Shown: positions 59,739-64,000 of the stretch, one piece after another
Layout of the letters: each line of letters starts with the position of its first letter
Position numbering within the stretch: the stretch's first letter is position 1
Assembly: GCA_034439575.1 (NCBI GenBank)
Contig: JAWXAQ010000007.1
Span: forward strand, 288,454-352,453
Source: Leptospira sp.
Lineage (GTDB): Bacteria > Spirochaetota > Leptospiria > Leptospirales > Leptospiraceae
Length of the DNA: 64,000 nucleotides
Direction of reading: 5' to 3'
Notes under the pieces: generated by a model
Told to the model about the DNA's origin: nothing
What the model saw: only the letters and a program-made list of their open reading frames with translations
Database searches by the model: none
Made by a program: the position numbers and the translations under genes

Positions 59739-60688
59739 GTTTATCAGATCAAACCGATTGGGGCAAATTACAGTCGTTACAGAAGGTATGTCGTCCAGGC
59801 TTAGAAATAATCATTCAAGGTGAATATCCCAAAAGTCTTTTTATCTTGTTAAGCGGTCGGTTGAGTGTTTATAGACATGGCATAAAGATATCCGAAATTC
59901 GTAAACGCGGCGATTATATAGGGGACATTGCGATGTTACTTAAATCGCCAGCAAGTGCTACCGCAAAAACTGAAACTGATATCGTTGTGATAGAGATAGA
60001 CTCATCCAATGTTCAAAAACTTCTACAACATAGCCCTGGAGTGATCATCGCTATGGCAAGAAAGATGGCAGAGCGCCTCGCTGATTTAAATAATAATTTT
60101 TCTCAGTTAGTTGATAAATCTTTCCGACCAGATTTAGTAAAAAGACTCCAAGAACACCAAAAAAGTATAACTGCACAAACTTCAGTGGTATTGAATTTAG
60201 ATGACTTAAAATCATATGCAAAAGATGTAAAAGACGGAACAAAAATTCTCACTCAAGGACAGGATCCGAGTGCGCTTTATATTTTAGTGAAAGGAACTGT
60301 CGAAATCTATAAAAATTCTAAAATGATCGCTGTTGAAGATGAACCTGGGTATTATTTAGGTGATGTGGCTATTTTGCGGGGGAAGCCATCTAATGCGAGT
60401 GTGGTTTCTCGCGGCAATGTGACTTTAATAGAGATTCCTCTGGAGAAAATTGAATCCTTTTTAAATCATTCACCACAAATTGCGCTATCGATCGCCGAAA
60501 AATTAGCTTTAAGAACATTAGCTATTAATGAATTATTTCTAGATTTGAAAGCAGAATTTATTAAAGAAACACAACATACTTCTAAAACATCTGCGAAAAA
60601 TCCAGAAGATGTTGCGAGTGAAAGAATGAAACATTTTGATCAAGTGGGAAAAGATATTATGGAACTTCTCAATATAGATTTGCACTAA
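59735..60688 (+). CDS. Tandem cyclic-nucleotide-binding domain protein without HTH
   Basis: Two repeats: QGE...LFILLSGRLSV...GDYIGDIAML...ASATA and QGQ...LYILVKGTVEI...YYLGDVAIL...SNASV. Confidence 0.82.
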   Translation: MSLSDQTDWGKLQSLQKVCRPGLEIIIQGEYPKSLFILLSGRLSVYRHGIKISEIRKRGDYIGDIAMLLKSPASATAKTETDIVVIEIDSSNVQKLLQHSPGVIIAMARKMAERLADLNNNFSQLVDKSFRPDLVKRLQEHQKSITAQTSVVLNLDDLKSYAKDVKDGTKILTQGQDPSALYILVKGTVEIYKNSKMIAVEDEPGYYLGDVAILRGKPSNASVVSRGNVTLIEIPLEKIESFLNHSPQIALSIAEKLALRTLAINELFLDLKAEFIKETQHTSKTSAKNPEDVASERMKHFDQVGKDIMELLNIDLH

Positions 60689-63600
60689 TCACTTTCCTAA
60701 CATTTCAAAGATACCATCCCAATCTTTCGCTACACCATCCGTTAGGTGCTTCTGGATACGCTCTATATAGAGTTCAAGCAACCTATCGTCTGGAAATTTT
60801 GTTAACATATTCTGAAAATCAAATAGAGCAGATTTAAAATCAGCATTTAGATATTTTTTGATCGCTATCTCTAGTTCTACTTTTGAGTCCAATTTTTGTT
60901 TGTAAGTTTCTTCGCTATCGGCGTCAAAAATTTCATATATTTCTATTGCAGCTTTTCTACCTTTGACTCTTACTTTATCCAAATATCGAATCGAATAATT
61001 TTCTGGATTTTGAATCTTCGAAAGAACTGCAGAACTAATGATCAGTGAAACTCCATAAAATTTTGTAAGTCCTTCTAGTCTTGCCGCCAAATTAACGTTA
61101 TCTGAAAATGCATCGCCTTGCATTCTATTGGATTCACCGATCATACCGACCATCATAAAGCCAGTATGGATTCCAAATCCTGATTTGATCGGCAAATAAC
61201 CTTTAATAATTCTCTTACTATTATAATTATTTAATTCTTTTAATTGGGCAATCGCTGAGTCTATAGCACTTTCCACATCTTTTTTATATACCGCCATGAT
61301 AGCATCACCCACATATTTTATGATGATACCGTCGTATTCTCTGACCTTAGGGCTAATCCTTTTAAAGTAAGCATTGACAAAATTAAAATTTTCTTGTGGT
61401 GTCATCGTTTCAGAAAGAGTCGTAAATGATCGAATGTCTGAAAATACAACAGCCATTTCTGTCGCAACGTTATCACCTAATAGTACATCAATGATACTTT
61501 CTTTGGATAACAATTTCAAATAATCACTCGGAACGAATCGAGCATAAGATTTATTTAAGTTTGAAATTACAAGGTGTGTTTTAATGCGAGTCAGCAATTC
61601 TTCCTTTTGAAAAGGTTTTGTTAAATAATCATTTGCCCCGCATTCAAAACCATAAACCAGATCACTGATAATATTTTTTGCCGTAAGTAGAATGATCGGC
61701 AAGGTTCCATGTGATTTAGTTTCTCGAATGATTTTACATACATCATAGCCAGACAATTTTGGCATCATAATATCCAACAGAACCAAATTAATTTCTGACT
61801 CTTTTAATATTTTGAGCGCCTCTTCCCCATTATATGCTTTGATAATATTATATCCAACAAGTGTTAAATGATTTTCTAATACTTGAATATTTATTTGTTC
61901 ATCATCAACTATTAATATAGTTTGATTTTTATTTATATCATTGGATATAGTTGGTACAATATCGGAATCATTGAAAAGGTTAGGAACTATATTGTTATTT
62001 ATAATTTGATTTGATTCTAAGGGTGATATTGGTAATTCAGATGATATGGGAATCGTAAAATAAAATTCACTTCCTTTTCCTAATTCAGACTCTAGCCAAA
62101 TTTTTCCTCCATGCAATTCGATTAATTTTTTTGAGATACTTAATCCAAGTCCTGTTCCTCCATAGTTTCTAGAAATGGATGCATCCACTTGTTCGAAAGA
62201 ATGAAAAATATTCTGAAATTGATCCTTAGGAATACCGATTCCTGTATCTGAAATTTTAATTTGTATAAATTGATTTGATATAGATTCTGATTCTATGATG
62301 ATATGACCTTGTTCAGTGAACTTTATCGCATTCCCGATTAAATTTAATAAAATCTGTTGTAAACGGTTTTCATCACCGAACACTATTGGCGAGGGTTCTG
62401 GAATCTTATTTACTAAAGATATTTTTTTTCCTGATATTAAATGTTCCGATAAGAGTAATACCATACTTACCAAAGAGCGAATATCAATAGGTTTTTGAGA
62501 AAGTATTAATTCTTTATTTTTCAACTTTGAAAAATCCAATATATCATTCACTAAATTGGATAATCTTTTACCGCTGATAGAAACTAATTTTAAATTACTT
62601 GTTGCAATATGATTTAAAGGTCCCGTTGCTCCGTCTAACATTGAATCTGCTATTCCTATGATTCCATTCAAAGGTGTTTTTAATTCGTGAGAAGTATTCG
62701 ATAAGAATTCATCTTTTAATTTGTCATTTCTTTCCAGATCATCAGCCATTCTATTAAAAGAATTTCCTAATTCACCAATTTCATCTTTTGAATCAACTTT
62801 CACTCTGACTTTCAGATTTCCTCGACCAAATTCTAAGGTGGCTAACTTAAGTTTGAGAATAGGTTTTATGGTTTTATTAGTTAGATAGTTAATTAATATT
62901 AATGTAAAAAGAATAATTGCAAATCCTAGCAGGAGAATATTATTTCTCAAATTTTTAATTGGCAGAAATGCAACTTCTTTCGGGAAATTTAGATAAAGAA
63001 TCCATCTATTTCCAGAATAATCTAAAAAGCCTTCTTCTTCCTTTTTAGAATTTATGTAATCGTCTGGATTTTTGATAATTTGATCAGATGTTATGTTTAA
63101 AAAATCAGTTTCAGAATTAGTAAGATGATTTGAATCCAATAATAGATTATTTTGTGTGACTAGATCAAAAAGAATGAATTTATTATCATCCAAAGTGCTA
63201 TACAGAATTTGACGCAAATTTCCCATCGAAATAAAACCCACAATAGCTCCATTTACGTTACCCTGCTTACTGAGTATGGGTGTGGCAAAGACGATGACTT
63301 TCTGTTTTAGATCTTCATCAAAATAAATATCATTTCCAGAAGAAGCATTCAAATATGAATAAACTTCCTGACTCCAAATTTGTGACTGACATTTTTTTCC
63401 AATACCAAGTCCAATTGTATCAACTAACTTAATGCAGTTTTTATCATAATATGATAATGAAATATATACTTTTTTTTGATTTCTAAAGGTGATTAATTTT
63501 TGAGTTATTTCTTCTATATTGGAAGGATTTTGAAAATTTGGATCACTGCTGAGAGTTGCTAAATCAGAAAATCGTTCGAACAAAACTCTATCGGTTTTAT

Positions 63601-63751
63601 CAAAGACATGGTTAGAAGTATCATCCAAAGAAATTTGAATTTGTTCTTCAACTTGGTTTACTGCAGAAATATAAACAAATGATGCTACAGTTATCAAAAT
63701 CATTAATGATAAGCTTAAAAAAGCTAAAAATAGTTTTGTTCTGAGTTTCAA
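60689..63751 (-). CDS. Hybrid sensor: Cache-like/HAMP/histidine kinase/receiver/class III nucleotidyl cyclase
   Basis: Two [82 protein letters not shown]. Confidence 0.93.
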   Translation of the reverse strand: MKLRTKLFLAFLSLSLMILITVASFVYISAVNQVEEQIQISLDDTSNHVFDKTDRVLFERFSDLATLSSDPNFQNPSNIEEITQKLITFRNQKKVYISLSYYDKNCIKLVDTIGLGIGKKCQSQIWSQEVYSYLNASSGNDIYFDEDLKQKVIVFATPILSKQGNVNGAIVGFISMGNLRQILYSTLDDNKFILFDLVTQNNLLLDSNHLTNSETDFLNITSDQIIKNPDDYINSKKEEEGFLDYSGNRWILYLNFPKEVAFLPIKNLRNNILLLGFAIILFTLILINYLTNKTIKPILKLKLATLEFGRGNLKVRVKVDSKDEIGELGNSFNRMADDLERNDKLKDEFLSNTSHELKTPLNGIIGIADSMLDGATGPLNHIATSNLKLVSISGKRLSNLVNDILDFSKLKNKELILSQKPIDIRSLVSMVLLLSEHLISGKKISLVNKIPEPSPIVFGDENRLQQILLNLIGNAIKFTEQGHIIIESESISNQFIQIKISDTGIGIPKDQFQNIFHSFEQVDASISRNYGGTGLGLSISKKLIELHGGKIWLESELGKGSEFYFTIPISSELPISPLESNQIINNNIVPNLFNDSDIVPTISNDINKNQTILIVDDEQINIQVLENHLTLVGYNIIKAYNGEEALKILKESEINLVLLDIMMPKLSGYDVCKIIRETKSHGTLPIILLTAKNIISDLVYGFECGANDYLTKPFQKEELLTRIKTHLVISNLNKSYARFVPSDYLKLLSKESIIDVLLGDNVATEMAVVFSDIRSFTTLSETMTPQENFNFVNAYFKRISPKVREYDGIIIKYVGDAIMAVYKKDVESAIDSAIAQLKELNNYNSKRIIKGYLPIKSGFGIHTGFMMVGMIGESNRMQGDAFSDNVNLAARLEGLTKFYGVSLIISSAVLSKIQNPENYSIRYLDKVRVKGRKAAIEIYEIFDADSEETYKQKLDSKVELEIAIKKYLNADFKSALFDFQNMLTKFPDDRLLELYIERIQKHLTDGVAKDWDGIFEMLGK

Positions 63752-64000
63752 TTGATTTTCTCTTCGATTAAAAATTCATTATCAAGAATCTTTTGAAGAT
63801 TTGGGTTTCGATAAAGCTGGCCTCTTTCACGCAAAAACTGTACGATAGTTTCTGCGGCGATAAATAATGCTCCTCGGCTAGTTTTATTCATAGCATTATT
63901 TTTTACCAAAGTATTTTCGTTCGCCAACATAACATTAAACGATGAATTAAGGGTTTGTATATTTTCTTCTTTGGATAGAAATCGTATCGAACCTAATTCT
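63748..64000 (-). CDS. C-terminal part of a gene continuing beyond the window (possibly a periplasmic binding protein for the sensor)
   Basis: Frame stays open to the window edge; stop overlaps the sensor start codon; product assignment is weak. Confidence 0.55.
   Translation of the reverse strand, partial: ELGSIRFLSKEENIQTLNSSFNVMLANENTLVKNNAMNKTSRGALFIAAETIVQFLRERGQLYRNPNLQKILDNEFLIEEKIN

Noticed and set aside
1-64000. CRISPR arrays, tRNA/rRNA genes, transposases, prophage or anti-phage defence genes
   Set aside because: No regularly spaced repeats, RNA gene signatures or relevant protein motifs seen by eye; intergenic gaps are short

Overview
An AT-rich, gene-dense bacterial chromosome segment, very probably from a Leptospira species. 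This is inferred from spirochaete-type lipoboxes, TRL-like lipoproteins and gene content. Mostly housekeeping: fliG 3' end, GDPD, pepN, aroD/aroC, kdsD, orphan nuoG-nuoI, thiolase, glnD, a CIRCE-controlled hrcA-grpE-dnaK-dnaJ operon, murB and mltG. Three blocks stand out. (1) 53.5-60.7 kb: a translationally coupled operon of PqqD/RRE protein, ATP-grasp ligase, LysA-like PLP decarboxylase, urea-transporter/M23 fusion, TPR/beta-rich envelope protein and tandem cNMP-binding protein. The decarboxylase N-terminus carries a lasso-leader-like KKxYxxPxI motif that could be the RRE docking site; this is the best candidate for an undescribed system. (2) 34.3-43.4 kb: a five-gene circularly permuted ATP-grasp/alpha-E/transglutaminase/amidoligase operon behind a near-consensus sigma54 promoter. 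(3) 46.4-52.1 kb: a beta-helix lipoprotein, small lipoprotein and TonB-dependent receptor, with 11-bp-phased Pho-box-like repeats in front of the first and last genes. No rRNA, tRNA, CRISPR array or transposase was seen. All calls come from motif reading by eye; no database searches were run.
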